Positions 13,921-28,728 of a DNA stretch of 64,000 nucleotides are shown piece after piece. Position numbers and translations under genes: made by a program. Source of the DNA: Tubiluchus corallicola (lineage: Eukaryota > Animalia > Priapulida). Below the pieces are notes generated by a model that saw only the letters and a list, made by a program, of their open reading frames with translations, was not told where the DNA came from and made no database searches. Positions within the stretch are counted from its first letter, which is position 1, and each line of letters opens with the position of its first letter. The stretch covers positions 1 to 64,000 of the forward strand of contig JAQGDQ010000267.1 of the NCBI GenBank assembly GCA_030141605.1. Direction: 5' to 3'.

Positions 13921-14704
13921 TATTTACAGAGTTTGTTGGTCGACCCCTAACATCGACTCTCAATGCACGAAGGTATTGCTGGCATTGAGGCATGCAACCT
14001 GCCTTTTGTAACCAACCAATGCATCAGTAAACTAACGCAAATTTAGTTCACAATTTTGTGCACAGAAAAAGATTGAGACAGAGGGGGAAGAAATGGGAGT
14101 GTTTTCTGATGCCGTCTTTTGTTTCGCTCAATCGGTTTTGCTTCGAATTTTTATTGCCTTAAAGTCTCAGACAAACTATAGGAAATTTTAGAGTCAAAAT
14201 GGTGCATACTCGTGAGTCTCATTTAAAATTAACATTTATTTTGATCTATAATATAAATTTAATGATATTTGTTTTTTAAAAACCCATACAAATGATCTCT
14301 GTTTTGACAGATTTCACCTTGTTGTTGGCTCCCAGTCACACATGGTTGACACACGTGTTCCTACAAAAGGCCTGGGAATGCGATATTGAAATGATTACCA
14401 TATCAGCAAGAAATCAGCTCGAAACGTCCACAATCTGCATTGTTTACACGGTGACAAAACTGATTAGTACATCGGTTCTTACGATCTGGACAGTACTTTG
14501 AACAACGCTGCTTAACTAGCCAATCTGGTGATGTAAGTGAACTGCATTTAGAGTTAATCGTGTTGGCAGTAGTCTTTTCGTGAATTACATGACCTTTTCA
14601 AAGTGAAAGGTATAATTGGACTTGTTCTTTGACAATGTCGTTTTTAAATTGTCTCATGAAGATAATAAATTAAGATTACCCTGGGACGATCAACGGCTGC
14701 TTTA

Positions 14705-14824
14705 CATAATGGAAAAGGGTATTCACAAATGCTGTGTCCATTTAGAAATGATAACCCTGTGTTTCATAATGGAAAAAGGTATTCACAAATGCTGCATCCA
14801 TTTAGAAATGTAACCCTGTGTTTC
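14705..14824. repeat. Tandem duplication of about 60 bp
   Basis: CATAATGGAAAA(G/A)GGTATTCACAAATGCTG...AACCCTGTGTTT present twice. Confidence 0.85.
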
Positions 14825-15556
14825 CCAATAACAACTGTGATTGCTGTAGTCCTTGGCGATTTATAGCAGCTTCTTTAGTGTGCTCAGACATTCAGTGAAG
14901 TGCAAAAATACAGGCGAGATAAAAAGAAGATTTCCGGGATTGAAGAAGAAGAGTAGAGGTGCCACAACATTGTGAAAGAAATTCTCGAACGAGTTTTTCT
15001 GCTCCTTGTTGACTTCCTTGTATTGGATCCAGGTTCCAAATGCTGCATCCATTTAGAAATGTAACCCTGTGTTTCCCAATAACAACTGTAATTGCTGTAG
15101 TCCTTGGCGATTTATAGCAGCTTCTTTAGTGTGCTCAGACGTTCAGTGAAGTGCAAAAATACAGGCGAGATAAAAAGAAGATTTCCGGGATTGAAGAAGA
15201 AGAGTAGAGGTGCCACAACATTGTGAAAGAAATTCTCGAACGAGTTTTTCTGCTCCTTGTTGACTTCCTTGTATTGGATCCAGGTTCCAAATGCTGCATC
15301 CATTTAGAAATGTAACCCTGTGTTTCCCAATAACAACTGTGATTGCTGTAGTCCTTGGCGATTTATAGCAGCTTCTTTAGTGTGCTCAGACATTCAGTGA
15401 AGTGCAAAAATACAGGCGAGACAAAAAGTAGATTTCCAGGATTGAAGAAGAAGAGTAGAGGTGCAACAACATTGTGAAAGAAATTCTCGAACGAGTTTTT
15501 CTGCTCATCATTGTCAAATTTTTGCTGAGTTTTTCTGCTCCTTGTTGACTTCCTTT
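14786..15556. repeat. 251-bp tandem repeat x3 containing the 5' part of a Gypsy LTR
   Basis: Units begin CAAATGCTGCATCC at 14786, 15037 and 15288 (period 251). Each contains TGT(G/A)ATTGCTGTAGT...CAGTGAAGTGCAAAAATACAGGC...AGTAGAGGTG..ACAACATTGTGAAA, homologous to 18099-18252. Confidence 0.92.
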
Positions 15557-15668
15557 GATGTATGAAACTAGTTCGTCCGTGTCAAGGTAGTAAAAATGGC
15601 TCCTCGCTTTCAGTTTATGCTCCATACACCCAACAGCAAGCACGGTCCATTTCAGCCGAAAAAATAAA

Positions 15669-16300
15669 TGTTGTTACAGCAAAACACGAGAGTTCCTTGC
15701 ATTTTGTGTTCACTGCCGTCTTTATTTTCTAAAGTGGAAAACAATACATAAAATCTACAGCTATGCAATTTGAACAAAAAACACAGAAGTTCAACAAAAA
15801 ATTACACAGAAAATTGCTATGTATTAAATATACAAAAAAACTCACTTCGTACGGCCAAATTGCGCACACCGTTTATGGATTGAAGCATAAAACTAATTGC
15901 TTACATCAAAATTGCACTATCGACATAACACATTGCATTATCCACAAAAAAACAGACAACTCTGCTCGCAATTCCCATCCGTCCCATTCAGTTTTTGTCT
16001 CCCTCGTGCGGGAAAAGGAAAAAACAAATGTTATGGGCAATTTGCCCATAACACCCCCACCTCAAAGGGCGCATTGTGCCATTTCCTAAGTAAAGAGTCA
16101 AGGGTCAACTTTATTAACTACCACAAAGTGTTGATCTTACAATCCTTCAACAAAACAGATTTTATGAATTGGACGGGTTAGAATAGAATTCTTGGTCTGT
16201 ATATCTGCAGAGCGAACATTGCCATCATTGCTTCAGTGTGTTTTTATGACTCGTCCCAAGAGCCATTGATTCCTTGGTACCTGATCACTGATGACAACGA
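15669..16300 (-). mobile_element. BEL/Pao retrotransposon 3' end: pol C-terminus, PPT and complete 3' LTR (16053 down to 15669)
   Basis: Minus strand encodes IVVISDQVPRNQWLLGRVIKTH*SNDGNVRSADIQTKNSILTRPIHKICFVE, the typical BEL integrase C-terminal domain. It is followed by PPT GAGGTGGGGG and an LTR of about 385 bp beginning TGTT, ending AACA and containing AATAAA. Confidence 0.82.
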
Positions 16301-16444
16301 TGTGTAATTGTTTTGTTGAACTTCTGTGTTTTTTGTTCAAATTGCATTGCTGCAGATTTTGTATTGTTTTGTTTTCCACTTTAGAAAATAAAGACGGCAG
16401 TGAACACAAAATGCAAGGAACTCTCGTGTTTTGCTGTAACAACA
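16301..16444 (+). mobile_element. Inverted partial copy (3'/U5 end) of the same BEL LTR
   Basis: Reverse complement of 15669-15808 with few mismatches; ends ...GCTGTAACAACA. Confidence 0.88.
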
Positions 16445-18252
16445 GCGAGTACTGGGACTTCGCCTTAAACTTGTTTCAGGGACATTGATATGGTATCGTG
16501 ATGGAGAAACGAGAATCGTGTTGTTACTAGAAGGCGGTTGTATTCGGTTTGCAGCGAAGATGTCGGCCACTACCCCATTGCCAGGTGGTTGCGACCGGTG
16601 TGCGGGCATTTAAAGCATCAAGCAACAGGAGAGTGGGATAATATAATCAACTCGCAAACACAACGACAATTATATGAAGTTTTAGCATGCGTTTTAGAAG
16701 ATTATCCTGTCCGTGGTCATTGGGCTGTGGATGTCAATGGACAAACTACGCTATGGTGTGATGCTAGTTCACTTGCTGTGGGCGTGGTTTTAGAAATTGA
16801 TGGACAGGTAGTGCAAGATGCTAGCTGGTTGCATAAGAAAAATGACACAGCGCATATTAATATCAGTGAGCTGGAGGCAGCTCTCAAGGGTATTAATCTA
16901 TGTATTAAATGGGGCATACCAAAATTTATGCTGGCTACCGATTCAGTTACCATCAAGGGCTGGCTGAGTACTGCACTTGAAAATACACATAGAATCCGAA
17001 CTCATGGAATGGCAGAAATGCTGGTCAGACAGCGATTAGATCTCATTACAAATTGTGGTAGAACTAGTTAAGTCTGCTGAGAACAAAGCTGATGTGTTAA
17101 CTCGTGTGCCAAGATGGTGGATGAGCTCTGTTGGATGTGATGGACTGTTGTGTGTCATTGATAGGATGGGCGACATGAAGGACGAAGTGCGAAGGATTTA
17201 TTCAGTGCAACACTTTGGTGTTGACTATCTTAGCTGAATTTGGCCTTTCCAATTCTGTATTAACGGATAGTGGTCTTGTTTTCAGAAGCTCATATTTTCA
17301 ATGTCTTTTGCAAGACTGGGACATACATCATGAACTTTCGTGTGCCTATCGAAGCTGTGGTAATGGCTTGATTGAACGATGTCATCGGACAATAAAGAGG
17401 ATGGCTTCTCTTTCAGAGCGGTCCATTTTAGAGATGGTCTTTTGGTATAATAATACCACTAGTGATGCTACTAAAAAGTGCCAAATGAAATTTTGTTTGC
17501 AGCTCGGGCTAGATGTCCGAGCATTCAAGACAGACGTGAACTTGTTGAAAGTTGAAAGAACCGTGTGAAGTGAATTCAGCTCAGAATGTGGATGATTACT
17601 CTGACGTTGCTTTGAATCTGTTTGCAGTTGGGGACCTGGTGTATGTAAAAGGACATAACAATGCATGTACGGAGCCGTGGCTTGGTCCTCACCAAGTAAC
17701 TAGATTGTTCAATATTGTGTCTGTAGAAGTAGATGGTGATGGAGTGCATAGGCATGTGTCACACTGGCACCATTGTCCTGATGCATATGGGGTGCCTGCA
17801 GATGTAAAGGATGTTCGGAAGGTCTCCGGAAAGCAGAGATTGAATTTAGAAGCCGCAAATGTGATTCTGACATGGGCAATGATGAAGACATGGAAAATCT
17901 TGACGGAGATGACTATACATGCAGTGAACAGAACGGCGTTGATGGAGTAGCTGATGATGATTATAGGGACTATGAAGAAAATGTTGTTGTTGACGGCAAT
18001 GGTGGAAACCTTGGTATGTGCCTTCGCCCACTTGAAACTCTGCATCTGCCTTTGCGTTTCAGGAATAACTAGTGGTGCACCTACGGTGCCTGGGGAGGTG
18101 TGCTTGTTGTAGTAATTGGCGATAGCAGCTTCTTTGGTGTGCTCGGACACTCAGTGAAGTGCAAAAATACAGGCAAGATAAAAAGAATATTTCCGGGATT
18201 GAAGAAGAATAGTAGAGGTACAACAACATTGTGAAAAAAATTCTGGAATAGT
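16445..18252 (+). mobile_element. Decayed Ty3/Gypsy pol (RNase H, integrase, GPY/F-like) with PPT and 3' LTR start
   Basis: RNase H motifs TLWCDASSLAVG, HINISELEA, TDS, ENKADVLTR; integrase VLTDSG...GNGLIERCHRTIK...WYNNT; FAVGDLVYVK...WLGPHQV. Frameshifts present. PPT GGGGAGG at 18092-18098, then TG-initiated LTR 18099 to about 18252. Confidence 0.88.
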
Positions 18253-18329
18253 TATTATCATTACATAATTCCGTGCTTGAACTTGTGTTTCAAATTCATT
18301 TAATTTGTTTGAATAATAGTTCATGACGA

Positions 18330-18605
18330 ACATAATAACATGCAAACATGCCCAACCTGTCCCATCTAATGAGTTAATTACTGCTAGTGGTAAACCGTGG
18401 TGCCTATTGCCCTCTGGTGTTTACCATCCTAAAAGAAGTTGGGGTGGTATATGATTCATCAGATGAATTTGAAAATGTCTCATTGAACAAACAGTTTCTT
18501 ACTGGCTCAGATCAATAGAATAGCCTTGGAAGTCCTCGTTCATTTGCGGCAAGAGCGTATTGCTATGATATGCAATACTGAGCAAATGTTTCATTCTGTT
18601 CACTC
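18330..18605 (+). mobile_element. BEL/Pao reverse transcriptase fragment
   Basis: Frameshifted GVYHPK...VVYDSSDEFENVSLNKQFLTGSD...VLVHLRQERIAMICNTEQMFHS, matching the characteristic BEL RT N-terminal motif (HPKK..RVVFD.S....SLN..LL.GPDL...L.RFR....A...DIE.MF). Confidence 0.7.
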
Positions 18606-18759
18606 ACCTTTGAGTAACTGGATGATCATATGGCTGCACAGAGAAACCAGCAGTCAAAAAACTCTCTCATAATGTCCATACCAGCGATAGCTTATGGCAA
18701 GAAGTCTGTCTTACCTGACACACTGAGAAAGATCTACTTAGTGCATACAAGTATAACGT

Positions 18760-20050
18760 GTGTGTTGTCAACCTGTAATATGCCATAAACTACTATGCAA
18801 CTCATAATGTTCATCATAATAATAAAGTTTATTTAAATCTATTTGTGGATCTGTTTGCCTTACTATCTAAGAGATAACAAGAGATGGTGTCAGAGATTCG
18901 AGCCCAGCAGTACTAGCAATACCACGTCGAAAATGCGTGAGTAACTTCTCCACTGAGAAATTTCTTCGACTACCGAATTTCTTTCTCGCCCAGCATGGTG
19001 ATGTATAGTTCGGCACGAGCGACCATGCCGGCGGATGAATATCTGTTGGACTAACTGGTAACACGGTCAGACCGTAGATATGGAATCTGTGGAAAATTCA
19101 ACGATGACGATTGTAGTGCAATTCTATAGTATGCAATGAGCTGCACGGAGAGTTTGCACAACGTGCAACACGGCAAAAAGTAATAAACACAGTGAACTTT
19201 GTATGAATTTTCTAAAATAACAAAGACTGTTTGTATGATGAGTGATGCACAAAGCTGTAACTATGAAGTTATATGATTAACTGTGTGCAAAATTGGTGAT
19301 TGAGCTTTTGTGCAATAATTTATTATGGATGACCACGGCAACCCAGCAGGACCAGTGCCAACATACATTTATGCCAATGATCTGAATGGTATCAAACCGC
19401 TAAGGTTCAGTTGGGACTCTAATGATCTGGCTCAGCAGTTTAAGTCGTTCCGCAGATACTGTGAACTGATGCTAGCCACTCCGGCTTATCAAAACAAGCC
19501 AGCAGCAGAAATTGTCAATTATATCCTACTATGGATGGGACCATGTGCTGTATAAATATTTGACAATTGAACACATTTATCTGAAGATGATAAGCAAAAT
19601 CCAACCACTGTGTGGGAAGTGTTCAATAATTACTCTGAACCTAAAGCTAATTTTCGCCTGTCAACGTTCCAATTACACAAGAGGCACCAGGACAATGAGT
19701 CTGCCAACAGTTTTGTCACCCATCTTAAGGTGCAAGCGAATAAATATAATCTTGGGAATTTACAGGCAGTCGATGATAGCATCATTCACCAAATTATTAA
19801 AGGCACCACAAAAAAACTTTTAGATCAAGATCCAGCCAACTTATCATTGGATCGCACACTTGATCTCGCATGGATTGACGAGTCAACACAGGCACAGATG
19901 CAACTATTCTAATGACAGATCATGTGGCAACTGTGGTGGCAGTATCCATGGACAGACAAGTTTGTTCAGCGAGAAATCAGAAATGCAATAAGTGTGGCAG
20001 GGACTGGACACTGGGGAAATGTATGTCGTATCATGAGAAATAGAAGTAGT
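18760..20050 (+). mobile_element. Mag-like Gypsy 5' end: LTR remnant, PBS and gag pseudogene
   Basis: AATAAA at 18821; PBS-like TGGTGTCAGA at 18885. Gag from 19325 (WDSNDLAQQFKSFRRYCELM...YILLWMG...EPKANFRL...QDNESANSFVTHLKVQANK...LSLDRTLDLA) with stops; CCHC knuckle remnants at about 19920-20030. LTR start is approximate. Confidence 0.75.
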
Positions 20051-20429
20051 TCCAGACCACGGCAAATTCAAGCCGGAAGTAGAACAATGTGGAACAGAGG
20101 CTTTGGAACTCTGGAACAATGGCAACAAACATGATACCACCACACGAGAAAATGAACTGCACCAAATGTGATTTGCTCAGCAACTGGGATTTCTCTTGGG
20201 ATGCATTCCATAATTACGAAATAGCTACAGGTTTGGTAGACGAAAATGAACAATGTTCGAGTAACAACCTTGTTATCAGTCATGGGCAGGGAACGTCATA
20301 AAACCTTAGAACTTACGGAGGAAGAACGCCTAAATGTGGACACGATCATGTAAAGAATGCACCTAAATTTTCAACCCACTTATTCACTCATTGGGACAAC
20401 ATATGTTTGTTTCTCTAAGTGCAGGCAAT

Positions 20430-20790
20430 ACTTGTGATGAAACACTTGATGATTATGATGAAAAATCATTTTGGGCCCAAACATTTAATTATGATGTCCA
20501 GTTATAAATTTCGTCATGAAAACACTGTGCTGGGGAAACAGTTATGAGTTATGTTGCATCCCTGAAAGAAAAGTCTACTCATTACAATTTTAGTGCACTA
20601 ACTGATGAAATGGTCAGAGACCATCAGAGACCAACACATTGAAAAAACTAATTCAACACATTCATGAACGACTGTTAATGGAACCAGATACATTAATTCT
20701 TCAAAATGCAACTCAAATAGAAAATGCATTAAACAAATCCCGAGCAGTAAGCAACGAATTAGGCAGAACTAGTGAAGCCATGCTAAAGTA
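20430..20790 (+). mobile_element. Second Gypsy gag fragment
   Basis: AGETVMSYVASLKEKSTHYNFSALTDEMVRD...ERLLMEPDTLIL...IENA, a retrotransposon gag-like motif, degenerate. Confidence 0.6.
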
Positions 20791-21121
20791 AAACTAGAGC
20801 AACCTAGAGTGCAGGGAGTTGGACTAAAGCATCCAAAACAATCAAAATCGCATCAGTTCAGTTTGCCTAAAAGGAACACTGCTAATGCACTTGTACAGGC
20901 TGTATAACACATACTGTAGCACCTAGGTCTCAATTTCTCACATTTGTGCAGTTTACACCATCACCTATAACAGCAGCTAGGCCTTCAAGTGTTACAGTTG
21001 GGAAGCCTACGCTAGGATCTATTGTACTTGGGCCTCCAACTGTCACTGTTGCACAGCCTGCATCACCACTAGGCTAAGAGGGTATGCAGCACAACATTTT
21101 GCTCAACAACAGCTTAGAATA

Positions 21122-21169
21122 TGGCAAGATGGGATTTGAACCACTTGGCAAGATGGGATTTGAACCACT
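21122..21169. repeat. Perfect 24-bp tandem duplication of a tRNA T-arm/3'-end-like sequence
   Basis: TGGCAAGATGGGATTTGAACCACT x2; the reverse complement contains B-box-like GGTTCAAATCCC and ends in CCA. Confidence 0.8.
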
Positions 21170-21477
21170 TCTCATTCTGTTTACTGAAGTTCATGGCATA
21201 TAGGTAAATACAACAGATTTTTTGGAGTATGACTATTTTTCAGTACTTTACAACAATGATCTGTGGAAATGTTTTGTTATGGAAACCAATAGGTGGGCAA
21301 ATCATGAAAGGATGGAAAAATCCGGATGCAGAGTGCAGAAATGGACACCTATAATGAAAACTAAACTAAAACAGTGATACCCCTCTCTGTTGGGTATTGC
21401 AAAAAATTTGTAAGATCAAATGACAGTGTGGAAAGACAATATTGTAAACATATTGTAATGAAGCTTTAGGCCACTAC

Positions 21478-23203
21478 ATGTATATTGAACATGTAATTTG
21501 CTCACAACGATTGAAATATAATCTAGAAAATATGAGGGTTTTAAATGATGGTGATAATTTATCAAATCACCTTCTGATTGAACTGGCTATAAATGTTAAT
21601 AATGTACTTAATAGAGACAGTACCTATAAACCTAAAAAGCAGACGCATATGAAATGGAAAAATATTGATTTACAAAGATACCAAACGGAAATTGAAACCA
21701 ATTTAAGAAATGTGTGTGTTCCTTTTCATTTATTAAGAAACTGCATTAATGGATGTAATGATCTAGAACATCGTAAGACGTTATATATCTTTTATGCAAA
21801 TATTGTTCATGGAAAAACTGCTGTTCCATGCTGTCCCCCAGGTTTACAGAAGCACTGGTGGAATAACGAATTATCTGTGCTAAAACAGGAATCGATTTAT
21901 GCTCACGTGCAGTGGAAAGCTGCTGGCCAGCCCAGACAAGGTGATATTAATGAGTTAAGACTACAAAAGAAAAAAAGCTTACAAAAAAGCTATAAGTAAT
22001 GCCCAAAAAAATGTCGAAAAAAGTAACAATGAACAAATGTATACTGAATTGATGGGCAAGAATATGAATAGTTTTTGGAAAATATGGAAGAAACGACATT
22101 GTCCAAAAAACGTAAAGTACACTAATAAGCTTAATGATGCTGTTGGATTAAAACTTGTATTAAATGAGTTTAAGCTTGGGTTTGAAAAAATATTTCAACC
22201 AGATGATATTGTCAAGGATGAATCTTTGAAGACAGATGTACTTACTAAACTAACTAATTATTCTGAGGGCTCGTTATATGACTGTACTGTTAGTGTAGAT
22301 GAAATATATGCCATGATACAAACCATGAGCAAAGGTAAATCAGCAGGCTATGATCAAATATATGCTGAACATTTGTTATATGCTCCTGAGTATTATCACT
22401 GTACGAAGGTACAATGCTGTTTAATCTTATATACATATACATACACTGTTATGTGCCAAATGATTTTGGGAAAGGAATAATTATACCTGTTGTTAAAGAT
22501 AACAATGGCGACCTACCAGATTTCAATAATTATCGTGCAGTGACTCTATCTCCCACTATCTCAAAATCATTTGAATCTGTTTTACTGGCAATATTCGGTG
22601 ATTGCGTAGAAAGTGACGAATTACAATTCGGTTTTAAAGTTGAATCAAGCTGCAATCATGCCATATATACCATAAAAGAAACTGTAAATTTTTTCACCGC
22701 AAGGAATAATCCTCTAAATGTCGCATTTCTAGATTGTCTCAAGGTTAAAAAGGAAATTCATTGGTTCGTGAATAATATTCTCTCAAGTATGGGCCATAAT
22801 CGTAATGACATAGTAGCTAAAAATTCTGATCAATACATATTGTCTACCCATTTTGTTATACGGATGCGAAATTGGGGGTATATCAAACAATGAAGTTAAT
22901 GGCGTTAGGGTAAAATGGACCACTGCTTATAGAAAAATATTCGGTTTTAATCAAAAAAGGTTTTTAGGTTTTCGGTTTTGTGGCGCAATGCCTGCGAATT
23001 ATTTAATAGATACTCGAAAATTAAACTTTGTGAGAAATATTGCAAAGTCTTGCAAATTGAGAATTCCAAAGCTATGCTATTATGCAAATAACAGTCAAGT
23101 AAATTTAAGATTTAAATATGGTTGTACTGTAGATCTAAACGAAAATGTTAAATTAAAGGCTAAGAACTCATTTAAAGATTATGTTTTAAGATATCTATTA
23201 TAG
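21478..23203 (+). mobile_element. Non-LTR (APE-RT LINE, possibly RTE-X-like) ORF2 pseudogene with internal RT deletion
   Basis: Endonuclease end (NLSNHLLI), KHWWNNEL, KSAGYDQIYAEHL, IIPVVKD...NNYRAVTL, QFGFK...AFLD, then a jump to the C-terminal part (YGCE...AYRKIFG). At least three frameshifts; YADD region absent. Confidence 0.88.
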
Positions 23204-25388
23204 CTCCTTACAACACTGTATAATGTAATATAATTACAAGGGAACTACAATGTTTGGTTATTATAAAGTTGAATATCTGTAGATATGTTACTTTACTAAT
23301 ATCGCATTACCTGTTTTACTAACATTTTTATCTTTGCAAACTATTCAAACTATCAAGACTAAAATTGTCTTTATCAGGTATCTTTAATTTGTCTACACAG
23401 TAATGTATATGCGACTTGTGCTATAGACAAAAATCATTTTATATTGTTTTTACTGCGTGTGCTTATGAGGCCTACGTTATTGTATACCGAACTTTATGGA
23501 TACAGAAAAACCGAATGCTCCCTGTAACCATTCGTTTGTTATTTGGGAAAGAAACACTAATGTACATGCAAGTGCCAAGAGGCTTAAACAATACGTAGTA
23601 CATTCCACGTTTGGTAAAAGTCATTGCATGTTTTTTGTGTAATATCTGCCTGTGTACAAGAGAATGTATAAATGATTCAAGCCAGTTTGACACACAACCA
23701 TGATTCTCAAGGTCAATTATCGACAGCGAGTGCAGTGATCGTTCATGCTTACGAATCACCTGACTACATATTAGAACTCAAATAATTTAAGATCAGTGAA
23801 TAACTGAGACAAACGTAATCGCAGTAATAAGGAAAAGCTGTAATTCCTAGTATTCCCAATCACTATATGTGTGCATGCAAACCAAAACCGTCCATAAGTC
23901 GGTATAGTTATAACTACGTTACGATGCTTCAAAGAAGAATGTATCAAAAATGTAGTCAAATGTTAATTTCTTGTTTTTATAAACAAATGCTAAATATATT
24001 TTATATTCTAGCATCAAATTATCAAGAAAAGACCAAAAAAATACTTAAAATTCAATTTTATAACCCCACTTTTCTAACTAGAAACTAGTACTACAATTGT
24101 AAAACACTTGTATTTGCAAACTCTGATAGTAGTTCGTGGAAGCAGTCATTTTGATTCTGTTGTTGACAAAGCCAGATCAGGAAGAGCCGTCTACTAGTTT
24201 TAAACATAACTTCAATGTGCTCTTGCAAAGTCCACAGCAACCACATTTTCGTATGGTTGCTAAGTTTTTTGTAGATACGCGGCAAAAAACAATGGCCAAA
24301 TTTTACAGCAATTTTCTCAAAATTACGTTTTTTGTGCATACAGTTCACCTCAACTTGAACGTGGATTATCTTAGCTAACAAATAACATAGAATGATGAGC
24401 TCGGTATCAAAATGATCCTTATGAAATGGGGATTCAGGGCACGTGAATAACTAGAAAAGGTTAATTGCCGACTTATGGACGATTTTGCTATGCAAACACA
24501 CATATCTAAATGATACATTTACTATAAAAGTAGATAATAACTAACACAAAAATAATGTTATTTACAAAAAAACTGGAATGATACATGAATTACGGTAACA
24601 CTACCACTTGCCGCCCTATTGTGGATTTGGTGATCATAGCTCACTGTCTTCTACACACTCTTCCGTCAAAAGCTTTTCTTTTCACCTGCACAGTCTCACT
24701 GCAAGCACCAATATCCCAGCACCAATTTGATGCATTTGAATTAAAATGCATTAAAACTGAAAAAGGAAAAAATGGAAATCTTGGCTTCGTTTGATGATGT
24801 TTCGCTTAACGTCGCGTCTTGATGGAACGCATTAACATCATTACTGTATATAACTACAAAAGAACATTCTTAGTAATTCAAAATGTTTGCGAAAATTGCT
24901 AAAATGTCACTGACTCACCTTCCCAGTGTGCACTAGTGACTCACCAAAAACATATTATTAATTTTATTGACAAGATGAAGTAATTTATACTTTTGGTTAA
25001 TTAGTGAAATGTGCCAAAGAATAAGCTACGAATGCTCTGCATAGTTTTTTTCAAAGATTATGCAATATTATCTAAATTTATTTCAAATGACCTACCATCA
25101 AAATGGCTACACCTAAAGTGATTGTGGGAGGTTAAGTTTACAAAGTTAAAAATACAAGATTTGTGCACAATAAGATAGTATGCAGGAGATGCAAAATTTC
25201 AATACAAACTTTTAAGTTTCAAGTGTAAATCTCACTTAAATTCAAAGTATAGAAGCTATTAAATTTTCCATTGTGCAACAAATAGGGGATCTGCTATACC
25301 TCTAATGCTTGAATACTTTGTAGGGATAACAATTTGAAAATAAGAAACAGATTATATGCACCTGTGCCTTATCATTAATCCAGTTAGT

Positions 25389-27922
<2,534 letters not shown>

Positions 27923-28728
27923 GATTGATCAATTTAGATTCCTAAAATGGATCATTTTCACTAATACTAGTCAACCTTGTATAATCACTTACACAAAACA
28001 CTGATTAGTTAACAGGTTTGTAACAGGCTTACATTAAATATTTACAACAGTAAACAACTTTACCATTTGCCCAACTAGCTCTAAATCAATGTTAGAAGTA
28101 AAACAAAACAGAAACATCAGCTGACAACTTGCTTAAACTTAAAGATTGCTTTAATTAGTTGCTGACAAATTAGCAAAAATTACAAAATTGGAAACAGATG
28201 TCAAATCATATTGAAAATGGCACTGCGATCGCGAAGTGACACATCGACTTTTTTGAACTCCCTAAAGTTTTGCAAATTTATTTGTTTTTTCGAGTGAAAG
28301 GACACTCTGTTTTATAACAATAACTGAAATGCACTCAGAAAGTAAAATCGACAATTAGACATTGAAATATTCGTAAAAGTTTAGGGCGACATGACAGTTA
28401 TTTGATGTCAAAAATTTTCCGATATTAATGCCTGTTAATTATTGTGATTTCTAAAACCAGCTGCGAGATTTCAGCACGTCAAATACATTTATTTAGTGCC
28501 AACGGACTCTATTTCGAGCTGCAATTGTTGAGTTCCATTCAAGTTGCAATAAGAGGCACAACGAGTATTCGTGATTTTTGAATTATAATCAGTGACTGGT
28601 CTGACAGACTAAAATATCTGGTGAGTTTGTTCCATAATGTTTATGCTTCGAAATTGCTAGATTAAACAGAAACTAAAATTAGCTCAGTCTCTACACTTGG
28701 CAACAAATCCAAATCCAACCCTTAACCT

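Noticed and set aside
14786-15556. CRISPR-like or repeated small-gene interpretation of the 251-bp array (63-aa ORFs at 14861 and 15112)
   Set aside because: Units are contiguous with no unique spacers and derive from an LTR junction; the ORFs are incidental.
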